This document shows positions 51,079 through 59,642 of a DNA stretch of 64,000 bases, piece by piece. The stretch covers positions 719,640-783,639 of the forward strand of contig JAJYEX010000001.1 in the NCBI GenBank assembly GCA_021785515.1, written 5' to 3'. The stretch's first letter is position 1. Each line of letters opens with the position of its first letter. A program made the position numbers and the translations under genes. Source of the DNA: Pseudomonadota bacterium. Its GTDB lineage: Bacteria; Pseudomonadota; Gammaproteobacteria; Acidiferrobacterales; UBA6901. The notes under the pieces are model-generated. The model searched no databases, was not told the origin of the DNA, and worked only from the letters and a program-made list of their open reading frames with translations.

Positions 51079-52151
51079 GCGTCATAACTCCGCATCGCCA
51101 GTCCGCAACTTATCATGAGCGATGGCGCATCGTTGCTCAGGAGTTGCGGCTTCACGCGGGATGACAGGGACATGCTAACAAACGGGTTGGCAATTGCGGT
51201 GGGCACGCTGATGCGTGCTGCAACCAACTCGTCGATCCCCGCAATCTGGGCGCAGCCACCAGCCAGAAGTACCTGATCGACGCTGTTGTACGGACTCGAT
51301 GAGTAGAAGAACTGGAGCGCACGCATCACCTCCTGGCACATCGCCTCCATGAACGGGCGCAGCACGTCAGTCTGATAGTTGTCCGGCAACCCGCCCTGCT
51401 TCTTGGCCAGCCCGGCCTCCTCGTATGAGAGGCCGTAGCGACGCTGAATCTCCTCGGTAAGTTGGCGGCCCCCGAAGGTGTGGTCACGCGTATATACAGA
51501 GCGGTTGTCATGCATGACATTGATGGTTGTGGTCGTGGCTCCGATATCGAGGACCGCGACGGTTTTTTCCATGCCTCCACCGGGCATGTGTTTCGCGATG
51601 AGGCAGTAGGCGTTCTCCATCGCGTAGGTTTCGATATCGATGATACTGGGCGTCATCCCTGCGCCTTGGGTCACCGCAAGATAGTCATCCACAATCTCCT
51701 TGCGGCAGGCTACCACCAGCACGTTGACCTGGTCGGCGCTGTTCTCCGTCGGGCCGAGCACCTCCCAATCCATGTTGACCTCGTCAAGCGGATAGGGAAT
51801 ATACCGGTCGGCCTCCATCTCGAGCTGGGTCTGCAGATCCTGGTCGCTCAGCCCCGCCGGCATGTTGATGACCTTGCTGATCACGTGCGACCCCGCAACC
51901 GCTACGGCAACGTGCTTGCACTTGGTTCCGGACCGTTTGATCGCCCGCTGCATGGTTTGCGCGACCTGGTCCACTTCGGTAATCGTGTGCTCGACAACGG
52001 CGTTCTGCGGCAGCGGCTCCACCGCGTAGCGTTCGACACGCAGATGGTCTCCGGACTTGCTGAGCTCCAAGACCTTGATCGACGACGCACTGATATCCAC
52101 GCCCACCAGTGGCGGCTTTTTTTTAGCCAGCAGGCTTCCCAGGGAGGCCAA
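51075..52151 (-). CDS. pilM: Type IV pilus assembly ATPase-like protein PilM
   Basis: 358 aa. Actin-like fold: LVGVDISASSIKVLEL..., VLDIGATTTT. Confidence 0.92.
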   Translation of the reverse strand: MASLGSLLAKKKPPLVGVDISASSIKVLELSKSGDHLRVERYAVEPLPQNAVVEHTITEVDQVAQTMQRAIKRSGTKCKHVAVAVAGSHVISKVINMPAGLSDQDLQTQLEMEADRYIPYPLDEVNMDWEVLGPTENSADQVNVLVVACRKEIVDDYLAVTQGAGMTPSIIDIETYAMENAYCLIAKHMPGGGMEKTVAVLDIGATTTTINVMHDNRSVYTRDHTFGGRQLTEEIQRRYGLSYEEAGLAKKQGGLPDNYQTDVLRPFMEAMCQEVMRALQFFYSSSPYNSVDQVLLAGGCAQIAGIDELVAARISVPTAIANPFVSMSLSSRVKPQLLSNDAPSLMISCGLAMRSYDA

Positions 52152-52218
52152 TTTTTTCTCTCTTTATTCCAGTAAGTTATGTGTGAAAAATACAATTTTG
52201 GTTTAAATGCTACCCCCA

Positions 52219-52248
52219 AATATAGACGATGGCGTGCGGAAATGACAA
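52219..52248 (-). promoter_or_regulatory. Candidate sigma70 promoter for pilMNOPQ
   Basis: Minus strand: TTGTCA (52243-52248), 18-nt spacer, TATATT (52219-52224). Confidence 0.4.
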
Positions 52249-52255
52249 ATATCTG

Positions 52256-52284
52256 TTGGGCAAGGGGGCCGACCGTTCTATACT
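52256..52284 (+). promoter_or_regulatory. Candidate sigma70 promoter for ponA, back-to-back with the pilM promoter
   Basis: TTGGGC (52256-52261), 17-nt spacer, TATACT (52279-52284), 65 nt upstream of the ponA ATG. Confidence 0.4.
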
Positions 52285-52349
52285 GGCACCTGTCCTTCTC
52301 AATGTTCTATATAGACCAGACCGGAAGCAGTAAGAAGTATTAGCACGCG

Positions 52350-54884
52350 ATGACCACCCCCAGAAGTCCTTTCGCCCGGCTTAAACGGACCGCACATCTT
52401 CCCGAAAAGCCCTGGCAGCTGGCACTCATTGCCCTGAGCGGACTGTTCGCGACGGGCATCCTGGTGACGGCTTTGGTGGCGCTTGTACTGATCCCTACCC
52501 TCCCTTCGGTGGGCGGATTGAGCGCCAAGCAGCTGAAGGTTCCGATGCGGGTCTACACCGCGGACGGGAAACTGATTGCGGAATTCGGCGCCGAAAAGCG
52601 GATTCCCGTGAAATTCCGCCAGATACCTCCATTGCTGGTCCACGCTATTCTGTCCGCAGAAGACGACTCCTTCTATTACAACGAAGGTATTGATTTTGAA
52701 GGGATTGTGCGCGCTGCCTGGGTCGACCTGCGTACGGGGCACCGGACCGAAGGCGCCAGCACGATCACCATGCAGGTCGCGCGCAACTACTTTCTCAGTC
52801 CGAAGAAAACCTACACACGCAAGCTGAAGGAAATGCTGCTCGCCCTCAAGATCGAGCGCGAATATACGAAAGACGAGATCCTCGACCTGTACGTGAACAA
52901 GATCTACCTGGGCAACCACGCCTACGGTTTTGCCGCGGCCGCGCAGGTCTACTTCGGAAAGAAACTTAACCAGCTGACCCTGCCGGAAGCGGCGATGTTG
53001 GCGGGTCTTCCGCAGGCACCGTCGCGCGACAACCCCTTCAACAGCCACAAAGATGCGCGAGCACGGCGCGCTTACGTGCTGGGCCGCATGCTCAAGCTCG
53101 GGTTCATAAACCGTACCGCCTACGATGCCGCAGTAAACAGCCCGCTCCCGTCGGCGCCCCGGTCTCGCGGTTATAGTGTCCAGGCCCCCTACGTCGCCGA
53201 GATGGTGCGCCAGTATATGTATCAGCACTATTCGGCAAAGAGCTACGCCAAGGGCTACAACGTCTACACCACCATCGTGTCGAAAGACCAGGAGGCGGCA
53301 AACCGCGCCCTGCAGCAGGGGCTGCTGGCCTATACCCGGCGCCATGGCTATCGCGGCCCCGCGGGCCACGCGAATATCGGCGCCGGCACCAACACCGACC
53401 AGCTTGATCTCATTCTGCGCGACTACCCCATCGTCGGCCCGCTAATACCCGCGATCGTCACGCAGGTCAGTGGCCAGAGCGCGGCCGTGTATGCACAGAA
53501 CGGCAACCGCATCGTTTTGAACTGGGCTGGTCTGTCCTGGGCCAGCCGCTACATCAGCGCAAACCGGCAGGGCCCGCCACCGCAGACCGCCGGAGACATC
53601 GTACGGGTTGGCGACATCATCTATGTCGAGCCGCTGCACGGCGGGCCCTACTGGCGTCTGGCCGAGGTCCCGAAAGTGGCTGGTGCACTGGTCTCGCTGA
53701 ACCCGAACGACGGTGCGATTCTGGCGCTTACCGGCGGCTTTGATTTCTACCAGAGCAGCTTCAACCGTGCGATCCAGGCGGAGCGCCAACCAGGCTCCAG
53801 CTTCAAGCCGTTCGTTTACTGTGCGGCGCTCGACAAAGGCTTCACGGCGGCGAGCACAGTCAGCGGGGCGCCGATCGTCGTGCCGGACGCCAACCAGGGC
53901 GCGACATGGCGACCCGAAAACTACGAACGCAATTTTGTCGGGCCCACCCGTTTGCGGGTTGCGCTCGCGCTGTCGCTCAATCTCGTGTCCATCCGGTTGC
54001 TGCGCGACATTACGCCGGCCTATGCTGTCCAGTACCTGGCACGGTTTGGGTTTGATCCGGCTACCTTGCCCGACAGCCTGTCGCTAGTCCTCGGGTCAGC
54101 GTCAGTCACCCCTCTGCAGATGGCAAGCGCATACGCCGTGTTCGCGAATGGCGGCTACCGCGTCACCCCCTATTTTATTGAGCGCATTGAGGATGAGAAT
54201 CATCATGTGCTCGAACAGGCCAACCCCCCGGTGGTATGCGATGCGCAAGGCTACACTAACGCCGTGCGCGACGGTGGTGGCGGGGCTCCTGCTACATGCC
54301 CGACGTCGCAGCCGGCGGTTACCGTGACCCCCGTGGCGGCGCCGAGCACTGCCATTGCCGCCAGTATCCCGACACCGCCCGTGCGCTGGGCACCGCGGGT
54401 GATCAGTGCCGATGATGCCTTCATCATGACCAGCATGATGCACAGTGTCATCACATCCGGTACGGGGCAGCGCGCACTGGTGCTTAAGCGCGACGATCTC
54501 GCGGGAAAGACGGGCACCACCAACAACCAGAAAGATGCATGGTTTTCCGGGTTTGACTCACATGTGGTGACCTCGGTCTGGGTCGGATTCGATCAGCCCG
54601 CTCCTCTGGGCCATTACGAAGTCGGCGCGCGCGCAGCCCTGCCGATCTGGATCCACTACATGCGCATTGCCCTGGGGAGCTTCCCGCCGCAGCGGCTTGT
54701 GCCACCCCCGGGTATCGTCACGGCCACGATCGACCGGAAAACCGGCCTGCTTGCCAGCGCGGCGGACAGCGACACCATGCAGGAGTATTTCATTCAGGGC
54801 ACCGTCCCCAAGGCGGGCGTCAGTCTCGACGCCGGCACCCCGGGGACACCGACACCGGAAAGCGTCCGCCAGGGATTGTTCTAA
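52350..54884 (+). CDS. mrcA: Penicillin-binding protein 1A (bifunctional transglycosylase/transpeptidase)
   Basis: 844 aa. GT51 motifs AEDDSFYYNEGIDFEGI and RKLKEM. Transpeptidase motifs SSFKPFVY (SxxK), SLN and KTGTTN. Confidence 0.94.
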   Translation: MTTPRSPFARLKRTAHLPEKPWQLALIALSGLFATGILVTALVALVLIPTLPSVGGLSAKQLKVPMRVYTADGKLIAEFGAEKRIPVKFRQIPPLLVHAILSAEDDSFYYNEGIDFEGIVRAAWVDLRTGHRTEGASTITMQVARNYFLSPKKTYTRKLKEMLLALKIEREYTKDEILDLYVNKIYLGNHAYGFAAAAQVYFGKKLNQLTLPEAAMLAGLPQAPSRDNPFNSHKDARARRAYVLGRMLKLGFINRTAYDAAVNSPLPSAPRSRGYSVQAPYVAEMVRQYMYQHYSAKSYAKGYNVYTTIVSKDQEAANRALQQGLLAYTRRHGYRGPAGHANIGAGTNTDQLDLILRDYPIVGPLIPAIVTQVSGQSAAVYAQNGNRIVLNWAGLSWASRYISANRQGPPPQTAGDIVRVGDIIYVEPLHGGPYWRLAEVPKVAGALVSLNPNDGAILALTGGFDFYQSSFNRAIQAERQPGSSFKPFVYCAALDKGFTAASTVSGAPIVVPDANQGATWRPENYERNFVGPTRLRVALALSLNLVSIRLLRDITPAYAVQYLARFGFDPATLPDSLSLVLGSASVTPLQMASAYAVFANGGYRVTPYFIERIEDENHHVLEQANPPVVCDAQGYTNAVRDGGGGAPATCPTSQPAVTVTPVAAPSTAIAASIPTPPVRWAPRVISADDAFIMTSMMHSVITSGTGQRALVLKRDDLAGKTGTTNNQKDAWFSGFDSHVVTSVWVGFDQPAPLGHYEVGARAALPIWIHYMRIALGSFPPQRLVPPPGIVTATIDRKTGLLASAADSDTMQEYFIQGTVPKAGVSLDAGTPGTPTPESVRQGLF

Positions 54885-55576
54885 TGCCGCACAGACCGGC
54901 ACCGGCGCGGCGGGCACGCCGGCGCGGTAAGACTGAGGACACTTCGGGTGGTGCGATCCCGCGCAGGGCGGAACAGATCCGCCAGCACATCTGTACCGAG
55001 GCCGCGCGCATCATGGCGGAAGAGGGCGTCACCGACTTTCATTCGGCCAAACGCAAGGCAGCGAACCGTCTCAACCAGCCGGAGTCGCGACACCTGCCCT
55101 CTAACCACGAGGTGGACGCAGCCCTGAATGCCTATCTGCGGCTTTTTCACGCCGAGCGGGTGTCCACCGCCCTCACTACGCTTCGCCAGCTGGCCGCGGA
55201 GGCCATGCGTTTTCTGCATCGCTTCGAACCCCGCCTTGTGGGTGCAGTGCTGAGCGGCAACGTGACACCCTTTTCGGAGATCCAGCTGCACCTCATCGCG
55301 GACATCCCCGAAGATGTCTCCTTTCTGCTGCAGGAACATCACATCCCGCACGAGACATCCAGCCGCCGCGTCCGTTTTGGGGGCGACCGCCATGAAGTCA
55401 GGCCGACGCTGCGGTTTCTCGCAGACTCATCCGTCATCGAACTGATCATGTTCACCCCTGAAGGCGGACGCGAAGCCCCTTTGAGTCCGGTCGACGGCAA
55501 ACCGATGCGCCGGGCCAACCTGCGCGAAGTCGAGGTTTTGCTGATGGATTCGCTGCCCGGGGAGCCTGGGATCTGA
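54884..55576 (+). CDS. Hypothetical Arg-rich protein, start overlapping the ponA stop; degenerate nucleotidyltransferase-like motif
   Basis: 230 aa. Its ATG overlaps the ponA TAA (TAATG). The N-terminus is basic: MPHRPAPARRARRRGK. Residues 119-140, VGAVLSGNVTPFSEIQLHLIAD, resemble the minimal NTase G[SA]-x9-13-[DE]x[DE] pattern but read SEIQL instead of SDIDL. Confidence 0.6.
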   Translation: MPHRPAPARRARRRGKTEDTSGGAIPRRAEQIRQHICTEAARIMAEEGVTDFHSAKRKAANRLNQPESRHLPSNHEVDAALNAYLRLFHAERVSTALTTLRQLAAEAMRFLHRFEPRLVGAVLSGNVTPFSEIQLHLIADIPEDVSFLLQEHHIPHETSSRRVRFGGDRHEVRPTLRFLADSSVIELIMFTPEGGREAPLSPVDGKPMRRANLREVEVLLMDSLPGEPGI

Positions 55577-55867
55577 GCCGGCTGCTCCGGCGGGCATGCC
55601 GTTGCTCTGCGTACCTTGCGAAGTTCCGAACGATCAACTAGAGTAATTTTTCAAAGGTTTAGTAAAATAATTTGAGAACCCATATGAACAAGAGGCACAG
55701 GGTGAAGAATTGCGGGTCAGTCAGCCCTGCGGAACCCTAGATTTCTGGGCTATACCTTTCACAGAAGCGCGACATAGGCAACTGAGCCAGCCACGCGCGC
55801 CGGCTAATGATCATACCGTCACCATGACAAGAACCTTGATGTCCCGAAGGACCAGGAGCAGCCATCC

Positions 55868-56371
55868 ATGACGCCGCGACGTTTACCCATCGTCTTGCTG
55901 TGCCTCGTATCTTTCTTGGCCCTGTCCGGCTGCGGCGCAAGCAAGAATCCGCCCCCGGAAGGCACCATAACTGCACAACCATCGGGTCTGACCTGGACCG
56001 CCACTGCCAATACCGGCATTTCCGTACAATTTCAGCCAGTCGTTATTACGGTTTACGACAATCGCCATATTCCCTTGGCGGGAGTCAATGTCATTTTGTC
56101 CCTGGATCTGTCAGCAGGCACCTCCACCAGTCCCAACATGGGCATTTATCTCTCTGATCCAACGACCGGACAACCGACGACGCCGGTCATCACCCCCACT
56201 GACGTGACGACCGGCCCTGCCGGCACGGTCGACCTATGGCTGGGAATGGATGTGGGAGGGGGCTTGGTCTATTCGGGCGACCTGTACGCCTACAGCGGCT
56301 CGCTGATGATTACCGCGCCCCTGGCCGTGACTTGCACGGCCGCTACGAGCGGGACAGCGGTCTGCCAATAG
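55868..56371 (+). CDS. Hypothetical lipoprotein, probably a single Ig-like (Big-type) domain
   Basis: 167 aa. Lipobox FLALSGC and AGGAG upstream. Beta-rich and Thr/Pro-rich, with ITVYDNRHIPLAGVNVILSL reminiscent of Big/invasin-type repeats. Two C-terminal Cys residues. Confidence 0.6.
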   Translation: MTPRRLPIVLLCLVSFLALSGCGASKNPPPEGTITAQPSGLTWTATANTGISVQFQPVVITVYDNRHIPLAGVNVILSLDLSAGTSTSPNMGIYLSDPTTGQPTTPVITPTDVTTGPAGTVDLWLGMDVGGGLVYSGDLYAYSGSLMITAPLAVTCTAATSGTAVCQ

Positions 56372-56652
56372 GCGAGTCACTTGCGGGTAGCGGCTACGCA
56401 CTTGCAGCCCCGACCGGTCTGACAACGGCCACAGGGTGCGGCGGCGCTCATGCGGGGCGCCTGCCGGGTCGGCGACCGAAACCTGAAGACCAGTTCCCCG
56501 GGTAACCCGAGGCCACGCCAAAACCGGATAGGCGCGACCGCCCAGGGCTGCGAGTCCGCCAGTCTTACGCCAAAGACCTGCTTCTCGCCCTGCCCTGGGC
56601 CGGGTAGAATGCGGCGCGACAGGACTGGCCTTCGTCCCATCCGGAATCAACC

Positions 56653-58413
56653 TTGAAAGACCATATCAGCGAACTTCTGGCGCAAGCCGTCCGCCGTCTC
56701 CAGTCCGAAGGCGCGCTACCGGCGGATGCACAGTATGTCGACAACGTGGAGCGTTCGCGCAACCCCCAGCATGGGGACTTCGCGAGCAATATTGCACTTG
56801 CGCTCGCCCGCAGCGCCGGTATCAAACCCCGGGATCTCGCCGAGAAAATTATTGCGGCGCTGCCGCAATCGGGGCGCGTCGCACGCACTGAGGTGGCCGG
56901 ACCGGGATTTATCAACTTCTTTCTTGCGACAGGCGCCCAGCAGGCAGTGGTAGGCCGAATACTCGAGGCCGGTGAGGCCTATGGGCGGTCCACCATCGGC
57001 AACGGCCGGCGCGTCCAAGTCGAATTCGTATCTGCCAACCCGACCGGACCGCTGCATGTCGGTCACGGGCGTGGCGCGGCCTACGGCGCCGCCGTGGCCG
57101 ACCTGCTGGCAGCGGCCGGGTTTCAGGTCCACCGCGAATACTACGTCAATGACGCCGGCCGGCAGATGGATATTCTTGCAACCAGCATATGGCTGCGCTA
57201 CCTGGAACTGTGTGGCGAATCCATCATCTTTCCGAGCAACGGCTACAAGGGCGACTATGTTTTCGATATAGCGGCCACGCTGCACCGCGAAAGCGGTGGG
57301 GGCCTGCGGCACACTGCGGCCGCGGTTTTCGACGGCATCGTACCGGATGAACCCAGCGGGGGCGACAAGGAAGCCCACATCGATGCCCTGATTGAACGGA
57401 CCCGCGTCCTGCTCGGTGCCGAAAACTATCGTCACGTCTTTGATCTCGGATTGACGGTCATTCTGGATGACATACGGCAGGACCTGCAGGAATTCGGGGT
57501 CGTGTACGAACAATGGTACTCGGAGCGTTCCCTGGCGGAACGCGGCCTTGTTGACCGGGCAATTGAACGACTGAAGGCGAGCGGCCACGTCTACCAGAAG
57601 GACGGCGCGCTATGGTTTCGCTCCACGGATTTCGGCGACGAGAAGGATCGCGTGATCGTTCGCGACAACGGCCAGAAGACCTACTTTGCATCCGACATCG
57701 CCTACCACCTGGACAAGATGGAACGTGGATTCGAGCGAGTGATCGATATATGGGGGGCAGACCACCACGGGTATATTCCGCGTGTCAGGGCTGCCCTCAC
57801 GGCGCTCGGACAGGACCCGTCCCGCCTGGACGTGCTGCTTGTCCAGTTCGCCATCCTGTACCGCGGCGGGCAGAAAGCCCAGATGTCCACGCGCAGCGGG
57901 GAATTCGTGACCCTGAGGGAACTGCGCCACGAGGTGGGCGATGACGCCGCGCGGTTTTTTTATATTTTGCGCAAGTGCGAACAGCACATGGATTTCGATC
58001 TGGATCTTGCCAAGTCGCGATCGAGCGACAACCCGGTCTATTACCTGCAGTATGCGCATGCCCGGATATGCAGCGTTCTGAGGCTTGCGCAGGAAAAAGG
58101 CATGACGCGTGACCGTGAGCGCGGGGACCGCAGCCTGGGCCAGCTGCGCGAACCGCACGAGGAAGCGCTGATTACGCTCCTGGCGCGCTACCCGGAAGTC
58201 GTTGAAGTAGCGGCACTGAGTCACGAGCCGCATCAGCTGGCGTACTACCTGCGCGAACTGGCAAATGGCTTCCACGCGTACTACAACGCGCACGTATTTT
58301 TGGTGGAATCGGACGAGCTGCGTGACGCGCGGCTGAACCTCATTGACGCCACCCGCCAGGTCCTGGCCAATGGACTGGGACTTCTCGGCGTCACGGCCCC
58401 AGACTCCATGTAA
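56653..58413 (+). CDS. argS: Arginine--tRNA ligase
   Basis: 586 aa, TTG start. HIGH-type [13 protein letters not shown], the MSTRSG (KMSK-equivalent) motif, and the DALR anticodon-binding C-terminus. Confidence 0.95.
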   Translation: MKDHISELLAQAVRRLQSEGALPADAQYVDNVERSRNPQHGDFASNIALALARSAGIKPRDLAEKIIAALPQSGRVARTEVAGPGFINFFLATGAQQAVVGRILEAGEAYGRSTIGNGRRVQVEFVSANPTGPLHVGHGRGAAYGAAVADLLAAAGFQVHREYYVNDAGRQMDILATSIWLRYLELCGESIIFPSNGYKGDYVFDIAATLHRESGGGLRHTAAAVFDGIVPDEPSGGDKEAHIDALIERTRVLLGAENYRHVFDLGLTVILDDIRQDLQEFGVVYEQWYSERSLAERGLVDRAIERLKASGHVYQKDGALWFRSTDFGDEKDRVIVRDNGQKTYFASDIAYHLDKMERGFERVIDIWGADHHGYIPRVRAALTALGQDPSRLDVLLVQFAILYRGGQKAQMSTRSGEFVTLRELRHEVGDDAARFFYILRKCEQHMDFDLDLAKSRSSDNPVYYLQYAHARICSVLRLAQEKGMTRDRERGDRSLGQLREPHEEALITLLARYPEVVEVAALSHEPHQLAYYLRELANGFHAYYNAHVFLVESDELRDARLNLIDATRQVLANGLGLLGVTAPDSM

Positions 58414-58422
58414 GGAACCGGC

Positions 58423-59001
58423 GTGGCACAGAATACTCGACATACCCCAGTACGGCGTCGCTCTGCCACCAATGGCAGCAGCTGGCGGTTGCTGTTGACG
58501 GCGTTTCTCCTGGGACTGGGCATCATGTGGGCGGTCGAGCACATGCTGAACGGCGGAAGGCTTAGCGGCTTGCGCAAGCTGTTCGCCCACCATCCAGCCA
58601 CGGAACAACAGGCCTCGCCATCACCTGTGGCGGCCGTTCCGCCCAAACCGACATTCGATTTTTACACCATCCTCCCCGAGATTGGAAACACGATGCCCGA
58701 GGCCGGGATGGCCCAAAGCCGCGGCGCCGGCCGGAAATCGGCAAACCACGGAGTCCGTTACGTCCTGCAGGCAGCGGCGTATTCGAATAACCATGACGCC
58801 GACCGCCTGCGTGCCCGGCTTGCCCTGCAAGGTATCGAGTCCTACACGGAGAAAATCAGCGTCGAAGGCCGGGGTTCCTACTTCCGAGTACGCCTCGGAC
58901 CTTTTACCAACGTAGCGGCCATGGACTCGGTGGACCGCAAACTTGCCCGCCTCGGCATCAGGGCCATACCGCTCAAGGTCAAGGCCGCACCCGGACCCTG
59001 A
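58423..59001 (+). CDS. SPOR domain-containing protein (FtsN-like cell division/peptidoglycan-binding)
   Basis: 192 aa. N-terminal TM (WRLLLTAFLLGLGIMWAV), a Pro-rich linker, and the C-terminal SPOR domain YVLQAAAYSNNHDADRLRARLALQGIESYTEKISVEGRGSYFRVRLGPF. Confidence 0.85.
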   Translation: MAQNTRHTPVRRRSATNGSSWRLLLTAFLLGLGIMWAVEHMLNGGRLSGLRKLFAHHPATEQQASPSPVAAVPPKPTFDFYTILPEIGNTMPEAGMAQSRGAGRKSANHGVRYVLQAAAYSNNHDADRLRARLALQGIESYTEKISVEGRGSYFRVRLGPFTNVAAMDSVDRKLARLGIRAIPLKVKAAPGP

Positions 59002-59065
59002 GCACAGGAAGGCTCGATGCCACCGACTGCGCATGGCGAGGCCCTTAAAAAATTCCGGAAACAAA

Positions 59066-59094
59066 TTGCATTGCTTGCCAAACACTCATATCAT
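59066..59094 (+). promoter_or_regulatory. Candidate sigma70 promoter for speD
   Basis: TTGCAT (59066-59071), 17-nt spacer, TATCAT (59089-59094). This predicts a leader of about 115 nt before the speD ATG. Confidence 0.45.
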
Positions 59095-59215
59095 GCGCCG
59101 CGTTTTCCACGGCACCCATGGCGGCACAGCTGACCCGGGGTGCACGGGAGCTACTTCAACTGAAACCATTGCAGACGCCGGTCTGCGCGTTTCGAGCAGC
59201 TTGGGGGGCTGGCCC

Positions 59216-59614
59216 ATGCGTTCGTTAGGACATCAGATCGTGGCGGAATTCTATGCTTGCGACCGCGAGACCCTGAATAACGTCGATTACATTAGAAGTG
59301 CCATGTTGGAGGCCGCGCACAGGACGGGCGCTACCATCGTCACGGAATCCTTCCACCACTTTTCACCGCACGGAGTTTCCGGTGCGGTGATCATTGCTGA
59401 AAGCCATCTGGCTATCCATACCTGGCCGGAATTCGGCTATGCCGCCGTCGATCTGTTCACATGCGGCGACACCGTATCATCGCGGGCCGGATTCGACCAC
59501 CTGCGCCAGGCGCTCGGGGCCGGTCACGTGTCGACCATGGAGCTGCATCGCGGTCAGGTGGGCATGATGGGCGCGATGCAGGACCCGGAACCGGCCAAGG
59601 CCGCGTGCGCCTGA
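59216..59614 (+). CDS. speD: S-adenosylmethionine decarboxylase proenzyme (small, class 1 type)
   Basis: 132 aa from ATG 59216. GHQIVAEFYAC..., autoprocessing context IIAESHLAIHTWPE, VDLFTCG. Confidence 0.9.
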   Translation: MRSLGHQIVAEFYACDRETLNNVDYIRSAMLEAAHRTGATIVTESFHHFSPHGVSGAVIIAESHLAIHTWPEFGYAAVDLFTCGDTVSSRAGFDHLRQALGAGHVSTMELHRGQVGMMGAMQDPEPAKAACA

Positions 59615-59642
59615 CCGGCTGGAGCCGGGTCACGGCCGCCAC

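Noticed and set aside
52299-53369. 356-aa minus-strand ORF
   Set aside because: It is antisense to ponA. The same applies to 60504-61583 (plus, antisense to speA), 56716-57588 and 57610-58608 (minus, antisense to argS), 16164-17195 (plus, antisense to recG), 6925-7845 (plus, antisense to prlC), 10100-10621 (minus, antisense to the dsrE-like gene) and 22916-23521 (minus, antisense to the kinase).
56372-56652. Possible ncRNA or gene in the 280-bp GC-rich gap upstream of argS (including the 138-aa minus ORF 56234-56650)
   Set aside because: The ORF is low-complexity, overlaps the lipoprotein gene 3' end, and has no motif. I found only short 6-bp pairings and no convincing conserved RNA structure. 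A weak argS promoter (TAGAAT near 56604-56609) is the simplest explanation.
59002-59215. speD leader as a SAM-type riboswitch
   Set aside because: I could not match it to the SAM-I, SAM-II or SAM/SAH core sequences I know. It is kept only as an unclassified structured leader.
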